Made by a program: the position numbers and the translations under genes. Positions 50,818 through 62,620 of a DNA stretch of 64,000 nucleotides are shown piece by piece (positions within the stretch are counted from its first letter, which is position 1; every line of letters begins with the position of its first letter). This stretch comes from Oscillospiraceae bacterium (GTDB lineage Bacteria; Bacillota; Clostridia; Oscillospirales; CAG-272). The stretch is from contig SVRL01000001.1 in NCBI GenBank assembly GCA_015064845.1, positions 10,346-74,345 of the forward strand, in the 5' to 3' direction. A model generated the notes under the pieces. That model ran no database searches. It was not told the origin of the DNA and was given only the letters and a program-made list of their open reading frames with translations.

Positions 50818-53346
50818 TTAAATTTCATCTTCGTCCGCGATAGGAAAACTGATTTCGGTAGCTTCCAATGCTTCATTTTTTTCAATGGAAGCTTCGATCT
50901 CAGCCGCTTCTTCCTCATCGGACTTCGTTGCCGCAAAGCTGATGATACGATTATCCTCTGCAAGACGCATGATGATAACACCTGCGGTATTATTTCCTTC
51001 ATAAACGGGGATACCGTTTACGGGGGTACGAATAATCGTACCATCCTCTGTGATAATCATAATATCGTCATTTTCTCCAACCGTTGCAATTCCTGCCAAA
51101 GCGCCCGTCTTATCGGTCAACCTCTGACAGATGACGCCGGAAGTACCTCTGTTATGCGCAGTATAGGAATCAAAACGGTTTCTCTTACCGAAGCCGTTTT
51201 CCGTCAACGTAAAGAGATGTTTGTTTTCGTCGACAATGGCAACGCCTACGACGCAATCTCCTTCACGAAGCTTGATACCGCGAACACCTCTTGCCGCGCG
51301 ACCCATAACGCGGGCATCCGTTTCCTTAAAGCGAACCGCTTTGCCTTCTCTGGTTGCGATTACGATATCATTTTCACCTGTCGTATGTTTTACGAAAACA
51401 AGTTCATCGCCTTCATCGAGATTGATTGCAATTTTACCGCCTTTTCTCTGATATTCAAAATCCTTGACGTTCGCGCGTTTCACAACGCCGTTTTTGGTTA
51501 CCATGACAAAGTATTCATTTTCGTCAAATCCGGAAACGGAAATCACGGAAGTAACCTTTTCGCCTTCCTGCATATCAATGACATTGACGATATTGGTACC
51601 CTTTGCGGTACGGGAGGCTTCGGGAATCATATATGCTTTCTTCATATACACACGTCCCTTATCCGTAAAGAGAAGCAGATAACTGTGAGAATGGACGATG
51701 ATAACGTCTTTCACATAGTCCTCTTCCTTTGTGGACATACCGATGATACCCTTACCGCCTCGTTTCTGAGCGGTATACGTCGCGGCGGGCGCGCGTTTGA
51801 TATAACCTGCGCCGGACATGGTAATCACACATTCATGGCGATCAATCAAATCCTCATCGATGATATTATCAATCGCATCCGCAATCTGCGTACGTCTGAC
51901 GTCGGAGAATTTTTCTTTAATTTCAAGCAGTTCTTTTTCAATAATTTCTTTTACCTTGGTTTCATCGGCAAGAATGGCTTCCAATTCCGAAATCAAAGCA
52001 AGTTTTGTTGCCAACTCTTCTTCAATCTTCAATCTTTCAAGTCCTGCCAAACTACCGAGTGTCATTTCAACGATTGCCTGAGCCTGAACTTGAGAAAGTC
52101 CGAATTTTTCCACAAGAGCATCTCTCGCATCCTGTCTGGAATTGCTTTTACGGATGGTATCGATAATTTCATCAATGGAATCCAAAGCCAATTTCAAACC
52201 TTCAAGGATATGCACGCGGGCGCGTGTTTTTTCCAAATCGAACACGGTTCTTCGGCGAATAACTTCTTCCTGATGTGCGATATAATTTGAAAGAATTTCT
52301 CTGAGTCCGAGAACCTTGGGTTCGCCATTGACAAGCGCAATCATATTGACGGCGCAAGTATCCTGAAGCTGGGTATATTTGTAGAGCTGATTGAGGATAA
52401 CTTGACCGTTCGCATCCCTCTTATATTCGATAACGATCTTCATACCGGCTTTACCGGATTCGTCGCGCAAAGCGGTAATTCCTTCCACGCGCTTATCTTT
52501 TACAAGATCGGCAATGGATTCCACAAGCATACTCTTATTGACCTGATACGGAATTTCCGTAACGACAATGCGGCGTTTTTTTTCATCAACTTCGGCTTTT
52601 GCGCGGACAATAATTCTGCCTTTACCCGTCTGATACGCCTGATAGATCCCCGTCGTACCGCAGATCATTGCAGAAGTTGGGAAATCGGGACCTTTGATGA
52701 AAGTCATCAGATCAACAACCGTCGCATCCGGATGTTTCATATAATAGATTGTACCGTCAATTACCTCTCCAAGGTTGTGGGGAGGAATATTGGTTGCCAT
52801 ACCTACGGCAATACCGACGGAACCATTCACAAGCAAGTTAGGGAATCTTGCGGGAAGCACCATCGGTTCTTGTCTGCTGTTATCAAAGTTTGGAGAAAAA
52901 TCAACGACGTTTTTTTCAATATCCGTCATCATTTCGTTCGCAAGCTTGGAAAGTCTTGCTTCTGTATAACGGTAAGCGGCGGCGCCGTCACCATCCACGT
53001 TACCAAAGTTTCCGTGACCCTCAACCAATGTATATCTCATATTAAAGGGTTGCGCGAGACGTACCATCGCATCGTATACCGAAGCATCCCCATGCGGATG
53101 ATAACGTCCGAGAACATTACCTACCGTCGTTGCGGATTTGCAAAACGGTCTGTCATACGTCAGTTTTTCTTGGTACATAGAATATAAAATTCTGCGGTGT
53201 ACCGGTTTGAGACCGTCGCGTACGTCGGGAAGCGCGCGGGATACGATAACGCTCATCGCATATTCAATAAACGATTTCTGCACGCGTTTTCCCATTTCCA
53301 CATCAACGATCTTCTGATTTTCGTAAGCTATATCTCTGTTTTCCAT
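50818..53346 (-). CDS. gyrA: DNA gyrase subunit A
   Basis: [16 protein letters not shown], catalytic YRYTEAR, and GyrA-box QKRGGKG (gyrase rather than ParC). Confidence 0.95.
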   Translation of the reverse strand: MENRDIAYENQKIVDVEMGKRVQKSFIEYAMSVIVSRALPDVRDGLKPVHRRILYSMYQEKLTYDRPFCKSATTVGNVLGRYHPHGDASVYDAMVRLAQPFNMRYTLVEGHGNFGNVDGDGAAAYRYTEARLSKLANEMMTDIEKNVVDFSPNFDNSRQEPMVLPARFPNLLVNGSVGIAVGMATNIPPHNLGEVIDGTIYYMKHPDATVVDLMTFIKGPDFPTSAMICGTTGIYQAYQTGKGRIIVRAKAEVDEKKRRIVVTEIPYQVNKSMLVESIADLVKDKRVEGITALRDESGKAGMKIVIEYKRDANGQVILNQLYKYTQLQDTCAVNMIALVNGEPKVLGLREILSNYIAHQEEVIRRRTVFDLEKTRARVHILEGLKLALDSIDEIIDTIRKSNSRQDARDALVEKFGLSQVQAQAIVEMTLGSLAGLERLKIEEELATKLALISELEAILADETKVKEIIEKELLEIKEKFSDVRRTQIADAIDNIIDEDLIDRHECVITMSGAGYIKRAPAATYTAQKRGGKGIIGMSTKEEDYVKDVIIVHSHSYLLLFTDKGRVYMKKAYMIPEASRTAKGTNIVNVIDMQEGEKVTSVISVSGFDENEYFVMVTKNGVVKRANVKDFEYQRKGGKIAINLDEGDELVFVKHTTGENDIVIATREGKAVRFKETDARVMGRAARGVRGIKLREGDCVVGVAIVDENKHLFTLTENGFGKRNRFDSYTAHNRGTSGVICQRLTDKTGALAGIATVGENDDIMIITEDGTIIRTPVNGIPVYEGNNTAGVIIMRLAEDNRIISFAATKSDEEEAAEIEASIEKNEALEATEISFPIADEDEI

Positions 53347-53503
53347 GTAATTAAACCTTTCTCCGCTTTTCTTTTCGCAAAGAAAAGCTAAGTAAAAGAA
53401 ACGGTCTGTTTCTTTCTTTTTTGATTTTTTTCGGGGCTTTTTCCCTCGGTTTCTTTCGCTTTTATCAGAGGGGATTTTTAATCCCCTCAATCATATTAAA
53501 AAA

Positions 53504-55477
<1,974 letters not shown>

Positions 55478-55508
55478 TTATTTTTCGGCATTCAAAGACA
55501 ATCGCACT

Positions 55509-55784
55509 TTATTTCAAGGGATCGTCCGCCCTTTGACAAAGGGTTTTCACGGAAAGCTGAGAAAAATAAACCCTGTTTTGTTTTTTTCGAGAAGATGCCG
55601 CCGTCTCGGCAGTCAGAATGAAAGCTTTCGGAAGCTCATAACTGATATTGACGGTTTCTCCTCTTTTTTCGCATCCCGAAAGATACTGCTTTGTGATTTT
55701 GGATATCGTTGCGGTATCCGTATCAAAAATACCGATGATATCTGAAATTTTTATATTTTTATTATTTCCTGCATGAAGATACAT
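55509..55784 (-). CDS. remB: RemB / DUF370-family protein
   Basis: MYLHAG...DIIGIFD...PKAFIL...VYFSQLS; canonical position before gyrB. Confidence 0.85.
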   Translation of the reverse strand: MYLHAGNNKNIKISDIIGIFDTDTATISKITKQYLSGCEKRGETVNISYELPKAFILTAETAASSRKKQNRVYFSQLSVKTLCQRADDPLK

Positions 55785-55797
55785 AAAAGCCTCTTTG

Positions 55798-56160
55798 TTA
55801 TAACAATACTATTGCAAGAGATAAAATATCGAGCGCAAGGAAGCAACCATTGAAAAAGCAAAGTATTTTGATGATTTTTACCACTTTCGGATTTTCATGA
55901 GAACGCAAAGAATGCGCAAAAAATATTGCAAGCAAGCCCACAGAAAGAATCCCCATACCGAAAAGCGGAACGGTAATATAGAACAGCGTTCCGTACAAAA
56001 ATCCAAAGAATGAAGATATTCCGTCGGACGGTACAACATTGCCCCAAATAACCGCTTCCGAAGCCATATTGACCATTAAAAAGGAAAATAACTCAAAAAC
56101 ACAGGTAAATACACAAGCCAATATAAATCTTAAATTTTCTTTCTTACCTGCATTCATCAT
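55798..56160 (-). CDS. Hypothetical membrane protein (about 3 TMs)
   Basis: Hydrophobic ORF tightly packed between its neighbours. Confidence 0.65.
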   Translation of the reverse strand: MMNAGKKENLRFILACVFTCVFELFSFLMVNMASEAVIWGNVVPSDGISSFFGFLYGTLFYITVPLFGMGILSVGLLAIFFAHSLRSHENPKVVKIIKILCFFNGCFLALDILSLAIVLL

Positions 56161-56161
56161 T

Positions 56162-57094
56162 TTAACCCTCAAAAATGCCGTAGGTTTCCATCATATGTTT
56201 GCCGATATTGTAAAGCAAAGTATTATACTGTTTTGCGAGATCAAGCGGTAATTTTTCAAGTTTACGGACGATTTCGCCTTCGTATTCAAAGGAATAACGA
56301 ACGGTCTTTACCGGTACGTTGACTTCAAAATTGAACGTACCCTTGTATCCGATATCGAGCAATCCCTGAATCAACGCGTCGTAGTTGACACTGTCGTAAA
56401 GCGACATATAAGGAAGTCCGTGCATATCAATTCTGTGATGTCTGTGAGACTTTTCAAAATAACCTGCATTGCTGTGAATATGGAGCGCTTTCAGTTTATC
56501 ACCGAGCGCAACCACGGAGCTGTACTGTTCGCAATCTTTTTTCCAATAGAGATTGGCGTGACCGACGTCCCAACAAGCGCCGAACATCGGATGGTCCAGA
56601 CAATCGATCATTTCTCTGAGTTCCGCGCCGTTTTTCAGATAATAATCCTGTTCGTAATGTCCGATATTTTCAAGCAGAACACAAACGCCGGTCTCTTCCA
56701 TATACGGAATCAAAGAGCAATAAAAATCCCTGTTCGCCGCCTGGAATTCTTCCTTGGATGCTCCTTTGATCTCGCCGGAATGGATAACGACCTGAGGAAT
56801 ACCGGCAATCTTACAAAATTCCAAAGAACGGCGGAAAACCGTCAACCAATCCGATTCGGGATCGAAAGGATTTACGATCGGCGCGTGAGCCTGAGGTGCA
56901 GTCATTCCGAGCTCGGCAAGATTTTCACGAAGTTTCTTTGCGTGAAGCTGTTCGTCATCCTGAATGTATTGGGGTCTGATCTCGTAATCCACGCAAGTGA
57001 AACCGCAATCACGGAAAAATTCGAGAACGGTTCTCTGTTCCTTGTCCGTATCAAAATAATGATTCAAAACGATGGGAGCCACTGAAAGTTTCAT
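56162..57094 (-). CDS. Sugar-phosphate isomerase/epimerase (TIM-barrel family)
   Basis: VVIHSG, LLEN, CWDVGH, LHIH and NFE motifs. Confidence 0.85.
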   Translation of the reverse strand: MKLSVAPIVLNHYFDTDKEQRTVLEFFRDCGFTCVDYEIRPQYIQDDEQLHAKKLRENLAELGMTAPQAHAPIVNPFDPESDWLTVFRRSLEFCKIAGIPQVVIHSGEIKGASKEEFQAANRDFYCSLIPYMEETGVCVLLENIGHYEQDYYLKNGAELREMIDCLDHPMFGACWDVGHANLYWKKDCEQYSSVVALGDKLKALHIHSNAGYFEKSHRHHRIDMHGLPYMSLYDSVNYDALIQGLLDIGYKGTFNFEVNVPVKTVRYSFEYEGEIVRKLEKLPLDLAKQYNTLLYNIGKHMMETYGIFEG

Positions 57095-57113
57095 AAACTA
57101 TACCATTCCTTTC

Positions 57114-58232
57114 TTACTGATAAAAATACGTACCGTTTTCTACGTATATTTTTTTTGCATTCGAAATACCTTTGAAGTCATTTTCGTCACAAGTCGTGAT
57201 AATAACCTGTCTGCCATGAAGTTCAGAAAGAACGTAGCGCTTTCTCTCTCTGTCCAATTCGGAAAGAACGTCATCCAGAAGAAAAACGGGATATTCTCCG
57301 CTTTCTTCCTTGGAAAGCTCTCCTTCAGCCAACTTCATTGCAAGCGCAATGCTCCTTTGCTGTCCCTGGGATGCGAAAATTTTCGCATTCATACCGTTTA
57401 GCTTGATTTCAATATCATCCTTATGGGAACCGCCGAGCGTCGTTCCGAGAATCATTTCCTTTTGCAAATTCTTTTTGAAAATATTCCTGTATTTTTCCGC
57501 ATTCACATTGCGGTCGAGCAAATCGTCATTCTCTTTGCCGGCAATGTGAGAAAGATAAGAAAAATCAACGGATTCTTTTCCGCCCGTCATATCGGAAAGA
57601 TATTGATTCACAAGTGAAAACAGTCTTTCGGCATATTGCGCGCGGACCTGTGTGATATATCCCGCATCGGATGCGAGCTTTTCTGAAAGAATATCTTCCG
57701 TCAGATGAAAACTTTCTCCGTGTTTTTCATAATTTTTAAGGAGAGCGTTTCTCTGCTCAAGGAGCTTTTTATACTCCATCAAAGCCGCAAGATACGGACG
57801 GTTGAACTGAGAAATCGCACTGTCGAGAAATCCGCGTCGTTCCGCAGGCTCGCTTTTTACGATGGAAAGATGCTCCGGACAAAAGAGAACCGCTTTGAAG
57901 TTTCCGATAAAATCGGACATCTTTGAAATTTTGATTCCGTTTTTGAAATTTTCCTTCGGCATATCGCGGAAAACACGGTAACTCATTTTGTTTTCCCGCA
58001 GAGAATCCCGATAAGAAATACTGATTTGGGCGCTGATCTGATCGGTTTTGATCAGATCTTTTTCCCTTGCGTGACGGAAGCTTTTACCGCTGCCGAACAG
58101 ATAGATTCCCTCTATCACGTTAGTTTTTCCCTGCGCGTTTTTTCCGTAAAGAATATTGATCTCTTTATCAAAGGAAAACGGAAAAAACTCTATATTCCTG
58201 TAATTTTCAAATACAGCGCAATCCAAATACAT
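57114..58232 (-). CDS. recF: DNA replication/repair protein RecF
   Basis: GKNAQGKTN, SQGQQRS and LLDDVLSELD motifs. Confidence 0.96.
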   Translation of the reverse strand: MYLDCAVFENYRNIEFFPFSFDKEINILYGKNAQGKTNVIEGIYLFGSGKSFRHAREKDLIKTDQISAQISISYRDSLRENKMSYRVFRDMPKENFKNGIKISKMSDFIGNFKAVLFCPEHLSIVKSEPAERRGFLDSAISQFNRPYLAALMEYKKLLEQRNALLKNYEKHGESFHLTEDILSEKLASDAGYITQVRAQYAERLFSLVNQYLSDMTGGKESVDFSYLSHIAGKENDDLLDRNVNAEKYRNIFKKNLQKEMILGTTLGGSHKDDIEIKLNGMNAKIFASQGQQRSIALAMKLAEGELSKEESGEYPVFLLDDVLSELDRERKRYVLSELHGRQVIITTCDENDFKGISNAKKIYVENGTYFYQ

Positions 58233-58236
58233 ACGA

Positions 58237-59415
58237 TCAATCTCTGAGTTTGACGGGAAGCGCCAGGTAGAGGAATTTCGAATCGCTTTCTTCCGTGTTT
58301 GCGCCTTCGATTACCATGATCATATAGGAGGATGTCAAAGAAAGCTTCAACTGTCCCGCATCGGTTGCACGGAGAATTTCAATCAAATATTTGCAGGGGA
58401 AACCGATTTCCAGATCGTTACCTGTTTTTTCAATATTGATCTCATCGAAAAAGTTTCCGGAAACGGAAAGAGCGCTGACACCGAGTATCTGATCCTTGAA
58501 ACTGAAGCGAACGACGCTCTTCGCCTGTCCGACAACGCGTTCTTCCGTAACAATGGAAGCGCGTTCGAGAGAATCCTCCAAAGCATCCCTTTCAACTTCC
58601 ACGAAAGTTTTGCTTTCTTTGGGAATGAATCTTTTATATTCAATATACGGAACGTCGATCAGACGGGAGAAGAGAATTGCTTCTTTATCCTGCGCGCCGC
58701 ATTTCATACCGAAGTAGAAAAGCGCGTGTTTTCTTGTCAGAGAAAATTGAATCGGTTCATCCTTATCTTCCAAAAGTCTGGAAAGTTCGGCAACCGTTTT
58801 AACGGGAATGATGAAACTGATTTCGGTTTCGCCGCTCTTCGTTGTGATATTGGTTTCGACTTTATTTTCACGGATGGCAACACGGTAGCTGTCGCATCCG
58901 ACTACGGTTACGCTGTTTTCCGTAATTTCAAAATAAAGACCCATGAGTGCGGGGCGGGTTTCATCTTGAGAAACGGCAAAAATAGTTTGACCGATCAGCT
59001 TTTTGAGCATTTTTTGAGGGAGGAAGAATTTTCGGTCAGGATTCAATTCGGGCATCTGAGGGAAGGTGTCGCCCGAGATATAGTGGATTTGGAATTTGGA
59101 ACGGCCGCTGGAAACGACAGCCATTCCGCTTTCTTCTTCGGAATTGGTTTCAATGGTTACGTTTCCGGGCATATACTTGACAATGCTGGAAAGTTTATTA
59201 CCGTTCATTACAATCACGCCGCCCGTTTCCACTTCGGCGCCGATCATAATTTTAATGCCTTTTTCAAGGTCATACGCGCAAAGCTGACATTGAGAATCGC
59301 CGACGGTGGTGATCAAAATGCCTTCAATGGAATTGATCGTTTTTTCGGTTGAAACACAGCCGAGCGATTTTGTAATAGCAAGAAGAAGCTCTTCTTTTTT
59401 GAAGGTTACTTTCAT
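58237..59415 (-). CDS. dnaN: DNA polymerase III beta sliding clamp
   Basis: FAVSQDETRP, DSYRVA, SRLID and C-terminal LALPVKL; downstream of dnaA. Confidence 0.95.
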   Translation of the reverse strand: MKVTFKKEELLLAITKSLGCVSTEKTINSIEGILITTVGDSQCQLCAYDLEKGIKIMIGAEVETGGVIVMNGNKLSSIVKYMPGNVTIETNSEEESGMAVVSSGRSKFQIHYISGDTFPQMPELNPDRKFFLPQKMLKKLIGQTIFAVSQDETRPALMGLYFEITENSVTVVGCDSYRVAIRENKVETNITTKSGETEISFIIPVKTVAELSRLLEDKDEPIQFSLTRKHALFYFGMKCGAQDKEAILFSRLIDVPYIEYKRFIPKESKTFVEVERDALEDSLERASIVTEERVVGQAKSVVRFSFKDQILGVSALSVSGNFFDEINIEKTGNDLEIGFPCKYLIEILRATDAGQLKLSLTSSYMIMVIEGANTEESDSKFLYLALPVKLRD

Positions 59416-60014
59416 AAAAGGGTTCCTTTCTTAAAATCATCAATCGAATTTTTAAGGAAAATCTGCTTTTGTAGTCGGGATGCTCTTTCCACAGCTCGGA
59501 AAAAGCAAAGATTTCCTTTTTCGTGCTTTGAAAATAAAATATTAACTGTTTTTTAGAAGTAATGGTTTTAGTTTGTGTAGAAAAGTTGGAAAAGTCCCAA
59601 AAAGACAGCCGGCGCCAGGGTTTTCGCATTTTGTTTTCCGTGGTTTTGCAAGGGGGAAGACGTACGGAAAACTTTTTCGTTTTGTGGAAAAAAACTTGCG
59701 CGCGGGAAGCTTGTGGAAATTCTTGAAAAGATGCGATGTGGAAAAGGAAAAAATGTGCAAAAAAATGTGGAAACGAGAAACGTGTGTGGGAAATCGGATC
59801 GAACGGGAAATCGTTGATGCGAAAATATGTAACGCAAATGCTGAGCAAATATCCCTCTTTTGAGAAAATGTTGAAAAGATGCTGTTCTTTTCAACAGAGG
59901 AAAAAAATTGCTGTCACAAAGCGTTTTTGCTTTTTCCACCTGTTTTTCCACAAGCTGTGGAAAAACGAAACGAGACATATCCACATATCGCCTTTTCTTT
60001 TCCGCGGACAGCCA
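59416..60014. other. Chromosomal replication origin oriC (dnaA-dnaN intergenic)
   Basis: About a dozen DnaA-box-like 9-mers (e.g. 59485, 59683, 59712, 59737, 59766, 59944, 59956, 59977). Predominant gene strand switches across this region. Confidence 0.9.
59531..59593 (-). promoter_or_regulatory. Probable unwinding element: tandem degenerate DnaA boxes, DnaA-trios, AT-rich tract
   Basis: Minus strand TTTTCCAAC-TTTTCTACA-CAAA-CTAAAACCATTACTTCTA then AT-rich DNA, resembling the Bacillus subtilis basal unwinding system layout. Confidence 0.65.
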
Positions 60015-61376
60015 TCATGCGAATTCGTTGCAGATGCTATTGATTTCATACTCAAAAGCGCTGTCGCCGGACATTTTGCTTTTGATGACATCAATGGAGG
60101 AAAGAATGGTCGTATGATCTCTTCCGAAAATTTTCGCGGTGTTCTGCAAGGAAAGGTTTGTCACGTTGCGAATGACGTAAATGGCGATGTGGCGCGCGAG
60201 CGCAATATCGGTCGTGCGTTTTTTGCCTTTGATATCTTCAATGCTGATGTTATAGCGTTTGGAGATATTTTCTATAATCTGTTCCGCAACGAGTGCGGGG
60301 GGAACGGTGCCCGAGATGACGCCGGAAAGAACGTTTCTGGCTGTATCTACGGTAATTCTCGTTCCGTTTACAAAGCTGTATGCTCCGAGTTTTTTGATGA
60401 CGCCTTCCAGCTGTCTGATGTTGCTTTTTACGTTTTCTCCGAGGAAATTCAGAACGTCATCGGAAAGATTTACGTTCAGAAGCTGCGCTTTTCGTTTCAA
60501 AATCGCAATGCGCAATTCTGTTTCCGGCGGTTGGATGTCTACGATCAATCCGCCTTCAAAACGGCTTTGAATTCGTTCTTCCAGGTGCTGGATATCCTTG
60601 GGAGGACGGTCGGATGTCAGAATCACTTGTTTTCCTGCGTCGTACAGGGAGTTGAAGGTGTGGAAAAACTCTTCCTGTGTGGAAACCTTGCCTGCGATGA
60701 ATTGGATGTCGTCGATCAAAAGCATATCGGCATTGCGGTATTTTTCCTTGAATTTGGTCGTGGTCTTTTTTTCGATGGAGCGAACCAGCTCGTTTGTGAA
60801 GTCTTCACCTTTGATGAGGATGATATTGAAATGCGGACGGGTTCTTTTGACTTCGTTCGCGATTGCTTTCATAAGGTGCGTTTTTCCGAGTCCGCTTGGA
60901 CCGTAAAGGAAAAGCGGATTATACTGTTCCGCGGGATTGTTTGCGACCGCGACGGATGCCGCGTGGGCAAGTTTGTTTGAACTTCCCACGATAAAGTTAT
61001 CGAAAGTATAGTCCTTTTCGGAGACGAAAGCCGTGTCGTGCGTAGGTTCTTCGTCTTTTTCCTTAACCGGTTCGGGCTCTTTTTTTACGGCGGGCTTTTC
61101 CGCAAGCAGAGCGCTTTCCAATTTGAAGGTCGATTTCGCAAAAACTTTGACGTCAACGTGGAAATTCAGCGTTTGTTCAAAGATCGCGGCGATATCGGGC
61201 GCGTATTTTTTATTCAAAAGATCCACGAAGACTTCGCTTGTGGTTGTGATTAATGCCCGTTCGTCATCGAAATATTCCAGTTCAAAATTTTTGAACCAGA
61301 GCTCGATAACGGCTTCGGGATATTTTTTCAGTATTTCGTCGTAAACGATATTCCAGATGGCTTGATTGGAGTTCAA
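60015..61376 (-). CDS. dnaA: Chromosomal replication initiator DnaA (probable TTG start)
   Basis: YNPLFLYGPSGLGKTHL, LLIDDIQF, QEEFFHTFN and GRDHTT motifs. Confidence 0.98.
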   Translation of the reverse strand: MNSNQAIWNIVYDEILKKYPEAVIELWFKNFELEYFDDERALITTTSEVFVDLLNKKYAPDIAAIFEQTLNFHVDVKVFAKSTFKLESALLAEKPAVKKEPEPVKEKDEEPTHDTAFVSEKDYTFDNFIVGSSNKLAHAASVAVANNPAEQYNPLFLYGPSGLGKTHLMKAIANEVKRTRPHFNIILIKGEDFTNELVRSIEKKTTTKFKEKYRNADMLLIDDIQFIAGKVSTQEEFFHTFNSLYDAGKQVILTSDRPPKDIQHLEERIQSRFEGGLIVDIQPPETELRIAILKRKAQLLNVNLSDDVLNFLGENVKSNIRQLEGVIKKLGAYSFVNGTRITVDTARNVLSGVISGTVPPALVAEQIIENISKRYNISIEDIKGKKRTTDIALARHIAIYVIRNVTNLSLQNTAKIFGRDHTTILSSIDVIKSKMSGDSAFEYEINSICNEFA

Positions 61377-61488
61377 AGTTTTATCCCTCTTTCCGTGTTT
61401 TGATTTTCGGCGCTTTCCGAAAAAGCGCAAAATAAGCCCTTTATATAATAATTATTATATATTATATCATAATAGTTATTTTAAATCA

Positions 61489-61579
61489 AGTGGAAAAAAC
61501 GAAGGTATTTCAGAGTTCTTCACACTTTTGAAAAAATATTTTGAAAAAATTCAAATAATTGTGGAAATTATGTGGAAAT
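61489..61579. promoter_or_regulatory. DnaA boxes upstream of dnaA
   Basis: AGTGGAAAA (61489), TGTGGAAAT (61560, 61571). Confidence 0.6.
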
Positions 61580-61600
61580 TATGATAGACTATTTGCATAC

Positions 61601-61702
61601 CATAGGAATTTGCGTAAAAATGATCTTGCCGTTTTGTATTATTTGAATATAGGCAAAGTTCAGATAGGCAAGCAACCTCCGGTGGGCGTTGCCCACTTTT
61701 TT
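61601..61702 (+). repeat. Dispersed ~100-bp structured element, copy A
   Basis: CATAGGAATTTGC...TCTTGCCGTTTT...ATAGGCAAGCAACCTCCGGTGGGCGTTGCCCACTTTTTT. Confidence 0.9.
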
Positions 61703-61705
61703 ATG

Positions 61706-61805
61706 CTATAGGAAATTGCGCAATTTAAACCTCGCCGTTTGTATCATATGAACACAAGATGATTGTCGGTAGGCGAGCAACTTCCGGTGGGCGTTGCCCA
61801 CTTTT
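61706..61805 (+). repeat. Dispersed ~100-bp structured element, copy B (tandem with A)
   Basis: CTATAGGAAATTGC...CCTCGCCGTTT...GTAGGCGAGCAACTTCCGGTGGGCGTTGCCCACTTTT. Confidence 0.9.
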
Positions 61806-61848
61806 CATAAGAAATCAAAAATCATTCATAAGAAAGAACGGATCAAAC

Positions 61849-62619
61849 ATGAAAATTTTAATTTTGGGCGATGTCAGCCGTGCTTCCTCCTGTAAATACG
61901 TATGCGAACGCCTTTGGCGTTACCGAAAAGAGCATGGGATTGATTTTGCCGTTGTGAATGGGGAAAACTGTGCAGAAAGCAACGGGATTGATAAAAATTC
62001 GGCAAATATGCTTTTTTCCGCAGGTGCGGACGTCATCACAACGGGGAACCACGCCTTTAAGCGTTATGAAGCAAAAACGCTTTTTGAAGAAGAAAAAATG
62101 CTGTTGCGCCCTGCTAATTATCCGGATATTGTTCCGGGAGAAGGGGCTGTTTTGACAGATGCTGCGGGCATGTCCATTCTTGTGATCAATCTTTTGGGGA
62201 TCGTTATGATGGAGCCCTTGGAAAACCCGTTTTTTGCGGCGGATAAAATTCTGGCTCGTTATCGGGGGAAATATGATATTTCCATTTTGGATTTTCATGC
62301 CGAAGCAACATCGGAAAAGCAAGCGCTTGCTTTCTATCTCGACGGTAGAGTGACAGCAGTTTACGGCACGCATACACATGTGCCTACGGCAGACGAATGC
62401 ATTTTGCCGAAAGGTACTGCATACATCACGGATATCGGTATGTGCGGACCGGAGTTCAGTGTTCTGGGAATCAAGCCGGAATGTATCATTGAAAAAATGA
62501 CAACGGGGCTTCCCGTCAAATTCATCCCTTCGGCCAATCCCGTTGTTGCGCACGGTATCGAACTGGAAATCGACCGTAAAACAAAAAAAGCGGTCTCTAT
62601 TCGGAGGGTTATGTTTTGA
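61849..62619 (+). CDS. ymdB: YmdB-family metallophosphoesterase
   Basis: ILGDV, VNGEN, TTGNH, DFHAEATSEK and GTHTHV motifs. Confidence 0.93.
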   Translation: MKILILGDVSRASSCKYVCERLWRYRKEHGIDFAVVNGENCAESNGIDKNSANMLFSAGADVITTGNHAFKRYEAKTLFEEEKMLLRPANYPDIVPGEGAVLTDAAGMSILVINLLGIVMMEPLENPFFAADKILARYRGKYDISILDFHAEATSEKQALAFYLDGRVTAVYGTHTHVPTADECILPKGTAYITDIGMCGPEFSVLGIKPECIIEKMTTGLPVKFIPSANPVVAHGIELEIDRKTKKAVSIRRVMF

Positions 62620-62620
62620 A

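Noticed and set aside
61601-61805. Tandem copies A and B as a CRISPR array
   Set aside because: Units are about 100 bp with similarity at both ends, only two are adjacent, others are dispersed, and no cas genes are in the window.
61430-61848. rpmH or another small gene divergent from dnaA
   Set aside because: No MKRT(F/Y)QP-like reading frame seen; the space holds DnaA boxes and the two repeat copies.
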